From: Fidelibacterota bacterium
Lineage (GTDB): Bacteria > Fidelibacterota > Marinisomatia > Marinisomatales > TCS55
NCBI GenBank assembly: GCA_018674655.1
Contig: JABGZQ010000064.1
Location: forward strand, 9,019 to 73,018
Length of the DNA: 64,000 nucleotides
Direction of reading: 5' to 3'
In this document: positions 18,251 to 28,135 of the stretch, one piece after another
Numbering within the stretch: position 1 is the stretch's first letter
Layout of the letters: every line of letters starts with the position of its first letter
Translations under genes and position numbers: made by a program
Notes under the pieces: generated by a model
What the model was told of the DNA's origin: nothing
Database searches by the model: none
What the model saw: the letters and a program-made list of their open reading frames with translations, nothing else

Positions 18251-18952
18251 ATGGCTTCCTACTACAAACTCCCAACTGAAGAGCGGTCTGATATCGGAAC
18301 CGGTTCAGCGCGTGAGATAAGAAGAAATGGAAAAATTCCCGCAAATTATTATTATCATGGTGAATCAAACCAAAACCTAATAATTGATAAAAAAATATTC
18401 CTACATGCTGTAAAATCTGGTCAACGCGTGTTTGAATGTGAAATTAATGGGGAAACGGTTTTCACTATGATCAAAGATGCACAATACCACCCTGTGACAG
18501 AAGATGTAATACATATTGATTTAATGCGTGTTCGTCGAGATCAAAAAATGATAGTTTCAATTCCAATTATATTGGAAGGAGAATCGGTTGGTGCAAGTGA
18601 AGGTGGTATCGTAACTCAAGCCACAAACACAGTTGAGATCGAGTGTTTACCTACAGATGTGCCGGAAAACCTAATCGCGGATATTTCTGCTTTAGAACTG
18701 AATAGTGCCATGACAGCCGTAGATCTCGTTTTGCCAACAGATGTTTCATTGGTATCACCAGAAGAAACAACCATTGTTACGTGCAATCCTCCGAAAGCAG
18801 AAGTCGAGCCTGAACCAGAAGAAGTTGAGGGTGAAGAGGGTGAAGAGGTCGAAGGCGAAGAAGCAGGCGATGGCACAACAGATGAAGAAGGAGAAGACGA
18901 TAAAGATTCTAAAGATGATTCTGATCAGGGGGACACCTCCAAAGAATCATGA
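18251..18952 (+). CDS. rplY: 50S ribosomal protein L25 (Ctc form) with a long acidic C-terminal tail
   Basis: 233 aa. It has an L25/Ctc N-terminal domain (RSDIGTGSAREIRRNGKIPANYY) and a Ctc-type second domain (IPIILEGESVGASEGGIVTQ...ECLPTDVPE), followed by a 50-aa E/D-rich tail. It sits in the conserved prs-ctc-pth context. Confidence 0.85.
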   Translation: MASYYKLPTEERSDIGTGSAREIRRNGKIPANYYYHGESNQNLIIDKKIFLHAVKSGQRVFECEINGETVFTMIKDAQYHPVTEDVIHIDLMRVRRDQKMIVSIPIILEGESVGASEGGIVTQATNTVEIECLPTDVPENLIADISALELNSAMTAVDLVLPTDVSLVSPEETTIVTCNPPKAEVEPEPEEVEGEEGEEVEGEEAGDGTTDEEGEDDKDSKDDSDQGDTSKES

Positions 18953-19503
18953 TTGCCATTATTGGCTTAGGAAACCCTGGTGATAAATATGCAAACACAA
19001 AACATAATGCAGGATTTTGGGTGGTGGACGAGTTAATTCGCCGTCAAAAACTGTCCTTAAAGCCCGGAAAAGGTCCGTTTGTATTTGCGCAGCATCAAAG
19101 GCGAGAAGCTCTGATGATTAAACCAACGACTGGCATGAACCTCAGCGGTATAGCGGTAAAAGATATAGCTGATCGATGGAATCTTTTACCGACAGATATT
19201 CATATTGTTGTTGATGATGTGGATTTGCCTCTGGGCTCCATTCGAATTCGTCCAAAAGGTGGAGATGGTTGTCATCGTGGGATGGAAAACATCATTTATC
19301 AGCTTAGATCGGATCAGTTTCCAAGAGTCCGCTTAGGAATAGGGACTGATGAAAATATGCGACCGGCGGAAAAATTTGTTTTGAAACCATTTCGATCTGA
19401 CGATGAATCGGAAGCAGAATCCATGGTAAAACGAGGAGCAGATGCTTTGGGAAATTTATTAGTGCATGGTTTAAATCATACCATGAATCATTTTAATTCA
19501 TAA
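18949..19503 (+). CDS. pth: peptidyl-tRNA hydrolase
   Basis: 184 aa. IIGLGNPGDKYANTKHNAGFWVVDEL, MNLSG, VVDDVDLPLGSIRIRPKGG..GHRG-like. There is a 4-nt overlap with rplY. Confidence 0.93.
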   Translation: MIAIIGLGNPGDKYANTKHNAGFWVVDELIRRQKLSLKPGKGPFVFAQHQRREALMIKPTTGMNLSGIAVKDIADRWNLLPTDIHIVVDDVDLPLGSIRIRPKGGDGCHRGMENIIYQLRSDQFPRVRLGIGTDENMRPAEKFVLKPFRSDDESEAESMVKRGADALGNLLVHGLNHTMNHFNS

Positions 19504-19522
19504 TTGAGGAGACATTAAATCT

Positions 19523-21670
19523 ATGAATTCTAACTATATGTTTGTAATTGGTGCGGCTGTATTAGCCATGATCTATTCATTCTGGAAAACAAGCTGGATT
19601 TCCAGTCAGGATGAAGGCACCGACCGTATGAAATCTATTGGTGCAAGTATTGCCGATGGCGCCATGGCTTTTTTAAAAGCGGAATATCGCGTTCTTGTTA
19701 TTTTTGTTGTTACAGTTGCCGTTCTTCTTGGATTGGCAAATTCAGGCAGAGCAGATTCAAGCGCTTTAATTTCACTCTCATTTGTTGTGGGTGCCGTTAC
19801 TTCTGGTTTAGCAGGATTCCTTGGAATGAAGGTAGCCACTAAAGCAAATAACCGCACAACCAACGCAGCAAGAAATAGTTTAGCCGCCGCCTTGAATGTT
19901 GCTTTTACCGGTGGCTCTGTTATGGGGATGAGCGTAGTTGGGCTCGGGGTTTTAGGTCTGGGAGGTTTATTTATTTTCTATACCGGCTACTATGGGGATG
20001 ATGCAGTTTCTATAAAAACAGTTTTAAATGTTATCTCAGGATTTTCTTTGGGCGCATCTTCAATTGCACTTTTTGCCCGTGTAGGCGGAGGCATTTATAC
20101 TAAAGCAGCAGATGTAGGCGCAGACCTTGTAGGTAAAGTTGAAGCGGGAATTCCAGAAGATCACCCCTTAAACCCTGCAACGATTGCAGATAATGTAGGT
20201 GACAACGTAGGAGATGTAGCCGGAATGGGCGCGGACCTTTTTGAATCATATGTTGGATCTATTGTAGGGTCAATGGTTCTCGGTGCCAGTATTTTAGTTA
20301 TGGGAGGATTTGACTTTAACTTTGTATTACTTCCATTGCTAATTGCATCAGCAGGAATTATTGTCTCGATAATTGGAACTTTTATGGTATCAGTGAAAGA
20401 GGGTGGTGACCCACAAAAGGCACTTAACCAAGGAGAATTTGGCAGTTCAGCGATTATGGTGGCGGCTATTTATTTTTTAATTAAAGAATTCCTTCCAGCT
20501 GAATTTATTCAGGGGGGGGTTGTTTTTACCAGTATGGGTGTTTTTTATGCAACGGTGATCGGACTGGTTGCAGGCCTTGGGATTGGAATGATTACAGAAC
20601 ACTATACAGGTACGGGGACATCTCCTGTAAAATCAATTACAGATCAATCAGCTACAGGCGCAGCTACAAATATTATTGCCGGATTGGGGGTAGGGATGCA
20701 ATCTACGGCCATTCCAATTTTAATTTTGGCAGCTGGAATAATGGGCGCCCATCATTTTGCAGGTCTTTATGGAATTGCCATGGCTGCACTTGGAATGCTG
20801 GCAAATACAGGTATTCAGTTGGCTGTAGATGCTTATGGCCCAATTTCTGACAACGCTGGTGGAATTGCTGAAATGGCAGAACTTCCAAATGAAGTACGTG
20901 AAAGAACCGATAAGTTGGATGCTGTTGGAAATACAACAGCAGCTATCGGAAAAGGATTTGCCATCGGATCTGCCGCTTTAACGGCGTTAGCATTGTTTGC
21001 AGCTTTTATGGTTCAAAGCGGTATTGATAGTATTGATATTTCTAATCCGATGGTTATGGCAGGATTATTTGTGGGCGGAATGTTACCCTTTCTTTTTTCA
21101 TCAATGGCCATGGGTGCTGTAGGGCGTGCAGCCATGTCTATGATCGAAGAAGTTCGTCGTCAGTTCAGAGAAATCCCCGAGTTAAAAGCTGCACTTGTTG
21201 TTTTGGGAAAAGGTGATGCAACCACGTGGTCAGAAGAAGATAAAGCAACATACGAATTAGGGCTAACCAAAGCGGAGCATGGTCGTTGTGTTGAAATATC
21301 CACACAATCTGCTATTAAGGAAATGGTCCTTCCGGGAATTTTGGCTATTACATCTCCAGTAGCTGTTGGTTTCATTTTTGGCGCAGAAACATTGGGAGGT
21401 CTCTTAGCGGGTGTAACCGTTTCTGGTGTTCTTATGGCGATTTTTCAATCCAATGCTGGTGGTGCATGGGATAATGCAAAAAAAATGATAGAAGAAGGGG
21501 TTGAAATTAATGGACAACCAGTTGGCAAAGGATCCGACGCACATAAAGCAGCTGTGGTCGGTGATACGGTGGGAGATCCTTTCAAAGATACATCCGGCCC
21601 ATCCTTGAATATTTTAATTAAACTTATGTCTGTGGTCTCATTGGTGATTGCACCATTGATTGCACAATAA
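19523..21670 (+). CDS. hppA: membrane-integral pyrophosphate-energised cation pump (K+-dependent-type signature)
   Basis: 715 aa with about 16 TM segments. [80 protein letters not shown]. Confidence 0.95.
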   Translation: MNSNYMFVIGAAVLAMIYSFWKTSWISSQDEGTDRMKSIGASIADGAMAFLKAEYRVLVIFVVTVAVLLGLANSGRADSSALISLSFVVGAVTSGLAGFLGMKVATKANNRTTNAARNSLAAALNVAFTGGSVMGMSVVGLGVLGLGGLFIFYTGYYGDDAVSIKTVLNVISGFSLGASSIALFARVGGGIYTKAADVGADLVGKVEAGIPEDHPLNPATIADNVGDNVGDVAGMGADLFESYVGSIVGSMVLGASILVMGGFDFNFVLLPLLIASAGIIVSIIGTFMVSVKEGGDPQKALNQGEFGSSAIMVAAIYFLIKEFLPAEFIQGGVVFTSMGVFYATVIGLVAGLGIGMITEHYTGTGTSPVKSITDQSATGAATNIIAGLGVGMQSTAIPILILAAGIMGAHHFAGLYGIAMAALGMLANTGIQLAVDAYGPISDNAGGIAEMAELPNEVRERTDKLDAVGNTTAAIGKGFAIGSAALTALALFAAFMVQSGIDSIDISNPMVMAGLFVGGMLPFLFSSMAMGAVGRAAMSMIEEVRRQFREIPELKAALVVLGKGDATTWSEEDKATYELGLTKAEHGRCVEISTQSAIKEMVLPGILAITSPVAVGFIFGAETLGGLLAGVTVSGVLMAIFQSNAGGAWDNAKKMIEEGVEINGQPVGKGSDAHKAAVVGDTVGDPFKDTSGPSLNILIKLMSVVSLVIAPLIAQ

Positions 21671-21683
21671 ATAGGAGTATTTT

Positions 21684-22226
21684 ATGAGATATTATGAAAG
21701 TCTCTATATCGTAAACCCTAACTATGAACAAGAACGTCTTGATGAAGTGATGAAGACCGTTTTTGACAAAATAGGGGAATATGGTTTCTCAATGATTAAC
21801 CATCACGTATGGGGTAAAAAACGATTGGCTTATGCAATTCAAAAACATAAATATGGGTCATTTATTTTGTTACATTTTGAAACGGAGTCGGTTGAAAACT
21901 TGGATCGATTTCAACGGTTTATGGTTCTGGAAAAACCAATTCTTCGAAACCAGACAGTTGTACTCGAAGCACGGCCAGAGGTTCAGGTGGTAGAAGAAAT
22001 TGTTGATGAGTCTGAAGAAGCGGTAGTAAGTGACACTGGCTCTGATAATTCCGAAGAAAAGAAACCTAAGGAAGAGGTAGTTGAAACAACCGCTATAGAA
22101 ACAGAGGAGCCCTCCGAAGAAATTGTCGAAGAAGCGACCATCGAAGAGGAGCCTGTTGAGAAAGAAACTTCAGAGGATACCAAAGTAAAGGATGAAGTTG
22201 AAGAAAAAGTAGAAATTCAGGAGTAA
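21684..22226 (+). CDS. rpsF: 30S ribosomal protein S6 with a long acidic C-terminal extension
   Basis: MRYYESLYIVNP...WGKKRLAYAI are S6 core motifs within the first ~95 aa. An ~85-aa E-rich tail follows. rpsR and rplI lie immediately downstream. Confidence 0.9.
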   Translation: MRYYESLYIVNPNYEQERLDEVMKTVFDKIGEYGFSMINHHVWGKKRLAYAIQKHKYGSFILLHFETESVENLDRFQRFMVLEKPILRNQTVVLEARPEVQVVEEIVDESEEAVVSDTGSDNSEEKKPKEEVVETTAIETEEPSEEIVEEATIEEEPVEKETSEDTKVKDEVEEKVEIQE

Positions 22227-22229
22227 AAA

Positions 22230-22460
22230 ATGGCATTTCAAAGTAGAAGAAAATTTTGTTATTTTAAAGAAAATAGCATTACGGAAGTAGACTATAAGGA
22301 TGTAAAATTGTTAAGGCGTTTCATAAATGATCAGGGGAAAATTATGCCCCGGCGCGTAACCGGCACCAGTGCAAAAATGCATAGAAAACTTGTCAGAGCT
22401 ATAAAACAGGCGCGCAATATTGCTTTAATGCCCTACACCAACATTAGCACTGAGAGTTAA
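22230..22460 (+). CDS. rpsR: 30S ribosomal protein S18
   Basis: 76 aa. [49 protein letters not shown]. Confidence 0.95.
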   Translation: MAFQSRRKFCYFKENSITEVDYKDVKLLRRFINDQGKIMPRRVTGTSAKMHRKLVRAIKQARNIALMPYTNISTES

Positions 22461-22462
22461 TC

Positions 22463-22906
22463 ATGGAAATCATTTTATTACAAGACGTAGACACGCTCGG
22501 CACATCTGGTGACATAATTGTGGTTAAACCTGGATATGCTCGGAATTATTTATTTCCACTTGGTTTGGCGGTTCGCTCATCCAAGCGAAACCGAGCATTA
22601 GCCGATGAGAAGAAAAAAGTTGCAAAATCTCGGGCCATCCGAGAGGCAAAAGCTTATGAAAATTTGATGAATAATCTTAAAAAGACTGAAATTACAATTG
22701 AAGTTGAAGTGGGTGGCGAAGATCGCTTGTTTGGATCTGTCACCAGCCAGAATATTCATGAAGCTTTAGCTGAAAAAGGAATTGAAGTAGACCGACACGC
22801 CATTATTTTAGAAGAACCAATTAAAGCATTGGGGATTTATGATGTTCCGGTTAAAATCACAAAAGGGTTAAATCAAGAAGTCAAAGTTTACGTTATCCAA
22901 GCATAA
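22463..22906 (+). CDS. rplI: 50S ribosomal protein L9
   Basis: 147 aa. MEIILLQDVDTLGTSGDIIVVKPGYARNYLFPLGLAV. Confidence 0.95.
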   Translation: MEIILLQDVDTLGTSGDIIVVKPGYARNYLFPLGLAVRSSKRNRALADEKKKVAKSRAIREAKAYENLMNNLKKTEITIEVEVGGEDRLFGSVTSQNIHEALAEKGIEVDRHAIILEEPIKALGIYDVPVKITKGLNQEVKVYVIQA

Positions 22907-22926
22907 GGTTTAACTGTAAAAAAAAT

Positions 22927-22967
22927 AAAGCCCCTGCCGGATATCATTCGGCGGGGGCTTTTCATTT
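22927..22967 (+). terminator. rho-independent terminator after rplI
   Basis: A 10-bp GC-rich stem, GCCCCTGCCG (22930-22939) pairing with CGGCGGGGGC (22949-22958), with one G-U pair. It is followed by TTTTCATTT. Confidence 0.8.
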
Positions 22968-22985
22968 GGAGTAGATTCTATCTAT

Positions 22986-24845
22986 ATGTTTAAACAATCA
23001 TTAAAATATTTCACTCATCTTTATCTGTTTTGGATTGGTTTTTTTACAGTAGAGCGATTATTATTTTTAATATATAATGTGGAAATTTCAAATCTCGAAT
23101 TTTCCCAACTAATCGAACCATTTCTATGGTCAATTCGGTTAGATTTGTCTTCCGTATGTTATCTTATCTCTCCTTTGTTTCTGCTTTGGATTATTCACCT
23201 TTTTATTCCGATTAAGAGATTTAGAATCTACCATAAATTATATTTTTTTATTTTAATACCTGTTTTGGCATTTGGGATGGTTGCTGGTTTAGAGGTATAT
23301 CATGAGTGGGGCTTTAAAATAAATAGGGAAGTTGTTGAGTATTTACAATTCCCAAAAGAAGCTTGGGCTTCATCATTAAACTCACCGATTCTTTTGGGTT
23401 TTGTAATTTATTTTATTTATACCGTTTTCTTTTTAAAGTGGAGTTGGCGAATTGCAAATGCATTACCCAATATTACTTCAGATGCCTCCGGGTTAAATAT
23501 CAAATGGATAGCGAAAAATGGAAGTGCGGGGATTTTTAGTATTATTTTATTCGGGGTCATCCTCAGAGGCGGACTTCAACAATCCCCCATTAATCAAAGT
23601 TTTGCATATTATTCCACGGATACAGCACTAAATGCAGCAGCAGTTAATACCGTGTGGAATTTCATTTATAGTTACTCACGCAAAGGCCAAAAAAATCCAT
23701 ATCAGTTTTTTACAAATGATGAATTGGATGAAATGATTAAACCAACAGAAGACGATAAGCCATTCCCTAAAATATTTACAGGTAACAACCACAATATAAT
23801 ATTGATTGTATTGGAAAGCATATCTTCAGAAATGTTTAAAAGTATGGGTAGCAAAGATCGCTTCACAATCAATATGGATCGTTTAATTTCTGATGGGCTC
23901 TTGTTCAGCAACATTTATGGTTCTGAAAAACGGACTGATCGAGGTATTGTTTCTATTTTAAGCGGTTATCCATCACTTCCTCTCCTTTCAGTAGTAAAGC
24001 AACCGGATAAATCTAAAACGTTATCATTTCTACCAAATAGATTTAAAAAATCAGGATATGAAACACTATTTATCTATGGCGGAGAATCAGAATTTGCAAA
24101 CATGAAAACATACTTGTTAAATGCCGGATTTAACCAAATTCTTGATAAAAACAGTTTTAATAAAAAGGATATGAATTCGAAATGGGGTGCCCATGATCAT
24201 ATCGTTTTTAATCGTGCGTTGATTGAAATAAAAAAAAAGAAGGAACCGTTTTTCTCAAATATTCTTACTTTATCTAGCCACGAGCCATTTGATGTTCCCA
24301 TGATACCAACATTAGAAGGGAGTGATCGCCAAACTTTATATAAAAATTCAGTCATTTATTTAGATCGGTCCTTGGGAAACTTTATGTCTGCTATTTCAAA
24401 AGAACCTTATTATGATAATACGATTTTTATTTTTATTTCTGATCATGGCTTCCGAATAGGAGATGCAATCAACTGGTATCCAAGAAGGCATAAAATCCCT
24501 CTATTTATTTATGGGAAACCATTAAAAAAAGAATGGCGGGGGAAGGTTGTTTCTGATGTGGGAAGTCAGATGGATTTATCAAAAACAATCTTAAAACAAT
24601 TTGACATAAATTCAGAAGGATTTGAATTTTCACGAAATTTGTTGTCTGGTTCAGCCGGATCTGCTTTTTACACATTTAATCATGGCTTCGGTTGGATAGA
24701 GGATCAACAGTCTCTTGTTTATGATCATGATTTAAAGACAGTAACCTATTTTAACAAGAGTGTTTCTGATTCAATAAATACACATCTATTTAACAAAGGA
24801 CGCGCCTATCTTCAAAATGCCCTTCAGGATTTTATTGACCGATAA
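22986..24845 (+). CDS. LTA-synthase-family / alkaline-phosphatase-superfamily membrane transferase
   Basis: 619 aa. An N-terminal block of about 5 TM helices is followed by an extracytoplasmic sulfatase-like domain (IILIVLESISSEMF, GYETLFIYGGESEFANM, WGAHDH, LTLSSHEPF, FIFISDHG). Confidence 0.7.
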   Translation: MFKQSLKYFTHLYLFWIGFFTVERLLFLIYNVEISNLEFSQLIEPFLWSIRLDLSSVCYLISPLFLLWIIHLFIPIKRFRIYHKLYFFILIPVLAFGMVAGLEVYHEWGFKINREVVEYLQFPKEAWASSLNSPILLGFVIYFIYTVFFLKWSWRIANALPNITSDASGLNIKWIAKNGSAGIFSIILFGVILRGGLQQSPINQSFAYYSTDTALNAAAVNTVWNFIYSYSRKGQKNPYQFFTNDELDEMIKPTEDDKPFPKIFTGNNHNIILIVLESISSEMFKSMGSKDRFTINMDRLISDGLLFSNIYGSEKRTDRGIVSILSGYPSLPLLSVVKQPDKSKTLSFLPNRFKKSGYETLFIYGGESEFANMKTYLLNAGFNQILDKNSFNKKDMNSKWGAHDHIVFNRALIEIKKKKEPFFSNILTLSSHEPFDVPMIPTLEGSDRQTLYKNSVIYLDRSLGNFMSAISKEPYYDNTIFIFISDHGFRIGDAINWYPRRHKIPLFIYGKPLKKEWRGKVVSDVGSQMDLSKTILKQFDINSEGFEFSRNLLSGSAGSAFYTFNHGFGWIEDQQSLVYDHDLKTVTYFNKSVSDSINTHLFNKGRAYLQNALQDFIDR

Positions 24846-24895
24846 TCAAACTATCAGTTGCCGCAAGATAAACCCTGCCGGTATTTTCATCGACT

Positions 24896-27118
24896 ATGTT
24901 TGCTGATGTTTCATTTCCGATCTCCAGTTATCAGACTTTTTCCTATGAAATTCCTGATTCATTATTGAAAAAAGTAAAAGTAGGCGTGCGTGTAAACGCC
25001 CCCCTTGGCCGACGAAAAGTTCAAGGGATTGTAGTTGGTTTACAGAAAACATTAAAATATAAAGGGCGCATTCGCCCAATTGAATCTTTGGTTGATGACC
25101 AACCAGTTTTGGATCATCATTTATGGAAACTGATTAACTGGCTTGCAGATTATTATAATACACCGGTTGGAATTGCTGCGAAAACGGCACTTCCAACCAG
25201 TTTGTCCACTCGATATAAACCCAAAACTCAAATGCTGGTAAAATCAACAGGTCAAAAATCTGACTTACCCAAAAAGGCAAAAGCACAAATTGCCGTTTTA
25301 AATCACCTGAAGACACAGAATGGTTTTATAGCGGTTCAATCGTTGGGTGAATTTGCCTCAAACCCGGTTGATGTGTGTAGAAAGCTATCTGGAAAAAATC
25401 TAATTGAAATCAAGCTTGAACCCATCATTCCTGACTTAACGGGGTTTTCCTTTAAACCAATGTTTAAAAAAATTCGATTTTCCGGCTATCAAAAAAGTGC
25501 AGTGGATAAAATTTGCACCTCTTTAGATAAAAATGAATTCACCCCATTTTTGCTTCACGGTGTGACGGGGAGTGGAAAAACAGAAATATATATTGAGGCA
25601 GCGCGCCATGCAATTAGTCAAGGTAAAACCGTCATCATGTTGCTTCCGGAAATATCTTTAACACCACAAATTGCTGGCCGATTTAGATCTGTATTTGGTG
25701 ATGAAGTGGCTATGTGGCATTCAAAGTTAAATCAATCAGCAAGGGCTTGGACTTGGAAACGGATTTGTGCAGGTGATTATAAAGTAGTGATTGGTGCCCG
25801 CTCTGCCATATTCTCCCCATTGAAAAATTTGGGATTAATAGTGGTAGATGAGGAGCAGGAGAATTCTTACAAACAAGAATCGCCAGCGCCAAGATACCAT
25901 GCAAGAGATGTTTCGCTGATGCGAGGCAAAATCCACAATGCAACCGTTGTGTTGGCAAGCGCCACCCCCAGCCTAGAATCTTACTACAACTATATTCAAG
26001 GTAAATTCGAATATATTCATCTTCCAGAGCGGTATGGCGGTGCAAAATATCCCCATGTTCATGTGGTTGATATGATGAAAGAATCAAAAGAAACAGATAT
26101 GTATGGATCTATTTTTTCAAGGATTCTGATAGAAAAGATCTCCGATAGAATTGGGAAAAAAGAACAAGTGATTTTGCTTCATAATCGTCGAGGATTTGCA
26201 CCTGTATTGAAATGTGCGGATTGTGGCGAAATTGAAACATGTCCTCATTGCCAGGTATCCTTAACATATCACAAATCAGGGCAATTTCTTCAGTGCCATT
26301 TTTGTAATCACCTCAAGAAACAATTGCCCACCCAGTGTAGGGAATGTCATAGCCTTACCTTGCAACTGGCGGGAGTAGGTACGCAAAAAGTTGAAGAAGA
26401 ATTAATGAACCTATTCCCCGAAGCAATTGTTGAACGTCTTGATGTTGATACAACCCGGTCTGGAAAGAATATTACAGAAGTATTACAAAGATTTTCCGAT
26501 GGTGATATCAACATATTACTGGGAACACAAATGATTGCTAAAGGATTAGATTTTTCGAATGCAACGCTTGTGGGGATTATCAATGGCGATACCGGGCTCC
26601 ATCTTCCTGATTTTAGAGCAGGAGAACGCGTTTTTCAGCTAATATATCAAGCAGCAGGGCGTTCTGGTCGCGGTCGAATCCCAGGCGAAGTTGTGGTCCA
26701 AACCTATAGTCCGGATCATTCTGTGATTAAATGTGCTACCCAGCTAGATTTGAAAAAATATTATAACATCTGTCTTGATGAGCGACAGACTTTAGATTAT
26801 CCTCCGTTTAGCTGGATGGTCCGATTGGAAATTTCTGGAGAAAATAAAAGAGCGGTAGAGAATGCATCGAAAATAATGGGGCGAAAGTTTAATCATCTAC
26901 CAAAAGGAATGATATTGTTGGGCCCCGCATATTGTTACCGAGAAAGACTGCGAAATAAATACCGGATGCAAATTGTGATTAAATCTAAAAAGACTTCAGA
27001 TCCAAATGGCAATAAATTGCACCATCACTTTAAAAAAGTCATTAACAATAAAGATTCATCCAACTTACCTGGGAATATTCGTCTAATTGTAGACGTAAAC
27101 CCAGTTTCTCTATTATGA
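24896..27118 (+). CDS. priA: primosomal replication-restart helicase PriA
   Basis: 740 aa. Walker A GVTGSGKTE, DEEQE box, Cys-rich zinc insertion CADCGEIETCPHC...CHFCNH...CRECHS, QAAGRSGRG. Confidence 0.93.
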   Translation: MFADVSFPISSYQTFSYEIPDSLLKKVKVGVRVNAPLGRRKVQGIVVGLQKTLKYKGRIRPIESLVDDQPVLDHHLWKLINWLADYYNTPVGIAAKTALPTSLSTRYKPKTQMLVKSTGQKSDLPKKAKAQIAVLNHLKTQNGFIAVQSLGEFASNPVDVCRKLSGKNLIEIKLEPIIPDLTGFSFKPMFKKIRFSGYQKSAVDKICTSLDKNEFTPFLLHGVTGSGKTEIYIEAARHAISQGKTVIMLLPEISLTPQIAGRFRSVFGDEVAMWHSKLNQSARAWTWKRICAGDYKVVIGARSAIFSPLKNLGLIVVDEEQENSYKQESPAPRYHARDVSLMRGKIHNATVVLASATPSLESYYNYIQGKFEYIHLPERYGGAKYPHVHVVDMMKESKETDMYGSIFSRILIEKISDRIGKKEQVILLHNRRGFAPVLKCADCGEIETCPHCQVSLTYHKSGQFLQCHFCNHLKKQLPTQCRECHSLTLQLAGVGTQKVEEELMNLFPEAIVERLDVDTTRSGKNITEVLQRFSDGDINILLGTQMIAKGLDFSNATLVGIINGDTGLHLPDFRAGERVFQLIYQAAGRSGRGRIPGEVVVQTYSPDHSVIKCATQLDLKKYYNICLDERQTLDYPPFSWMVRLEISGENKRAVENASKIMGRKFNHLPKGMILLGPAYCYRERLRNKYRMQIVIKSKKTSDPNGNKLHHHFKKVINNKDSSNLPGNIRLIVDVNPVSLL

Positions 27119-28011
27119 TTCGATTCGTTTTTATTATTAATATTTTCGCGAGCGGCATTTTCGCACAATCATCGTTCTCAGGGCTTAGTAGCTGGACTTT
27201 TAGCCAAACTGTTGGTTTTGCTGGTGGCGGTTATTTGATTACGTCAAATAATGGTTTCCGTAATGGCGCGATGCTGCCAGATTCATCCCGCCATTTTAAA
27301 ATAGATTTGGTGAAATATCCTGCAGGTATCAACGGTCAATCCATTATGACTAATGGGAAAATAAATGGACATCGACTTGGATTAAAAATAAACAGACTTA
27401 ATTATGGCATTTTTGAAGGAAAAAATATGGACAATCAACCAACAGAAGATTATTCTGCGGGCGATATTCATATTCAGATGGCATACGCCAAACCATCAAA
27501 TTCCGGCCGTTTAGTCTTTGGGGTTAATGCGGGCTTTTTTTTGAGTCAAATTGAGCATACAAATGCCAAAGCTTTTACCCTGTCCCCCGGGTTTGTTTTT
27601 AATTCTCGGATTGGAAGCATGGGTCTTACTCTTGAAAATACAGGCGTGGTTTTTGATTCATATACAGAAATCAAAGAAAAACTGCCCTCATTATTAGTTA
27701 CATCAATTGTGAGTAAAATACCAAAAATTCCAATAGAATTTGAAATAGACTATCTTCGAGCACTAAATATTGAATCCCATTTAATTACATTCTCAGGCCT
27801 TATCCATTTAAAAAACGGACTTATAATAAAAGGGGGTGCTTCAACAAAAAAATCAGATCAAATGACCAATATTTCATTTATTAATGATTTATTTACGGAT
27901 ATGGGCGTAGGTGTATCATATGAGATAGAGGATATATTTATTGATATAAACTCATACACTTATGGTCCTGGAGGCTTAGTATTTGCGTTCGGGATTTCCG
28001 TTAGATATTAA
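27115..28011 (+). CDS. hypothetical secreted protein, probable outer-membrane beta-barrel
   Basis: 298 aa with signal peptide MIRFVFIINIFASGIFAQ. It shows alternating hydrophobic beta-strand patterns and a C-terminal FAFGISVRY (aromatic terminus typical of OMPs). The ATGA start overlaps the priA stop. Confidence 0.5.
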   Translation: MIRFVFIINIFASGIFAQSSFSGLSSWTFSQTVGFAGGGYLITSNNGFRNGAMLPDSSRHFKIDLVKYPAGINGQSIMTNGKINGHRLGLKINRLNYGIFEGKNMDNQPTEDYSAGDIHIQMAYAKPSNSGRLVFGVNAGFFLSQIEHTNAKAFTLSPGFVFNSRIGSMGLTLENTGVVFDSYTEIKEKLPSLLVTSIVSKIPKIPIEFEIDYLRALNIESHLITFSGLIHLKNGLIIKGGASTKKSDQMTNISFINDLFTDMGVGVSYEIEDIFIDINSYTYGPGGLVFAFGISVRY

Positions 28012-28028
28012 CTATAGACTAAACTATT

Positions 28029-28060
28029 TTAATTATTGATTTGGTAAAATCAATAATTAA
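28029..28060. promoter_or_regulatory. perfect 12-bp inverted repeat upstream of lrp (candidate operator, or terminator of the upstream gene)
   Basis: TTAATTATTGAT (28029-28040), an 8-nt spacer, then ATCAATAATTAA (28049-28060). It lies 76 nt upstream of the lrp ATG. Confidence 0.4.
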
Positions 28061-28135
28061 ATAAGTAATCCCACCCTTTTTAAGAAATTATTTATGTTTT
28101 AACTTTAATATTAATAAAAATACAGGAAAAAGACT

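Noticed and set aside
18780-18900. GGTGAAGAG-type imperfect tandem repeats as a non-coding repeat element
   Set aside because: They are in frame within the rplY acidic tail and simply encode the G-E-E repeats.
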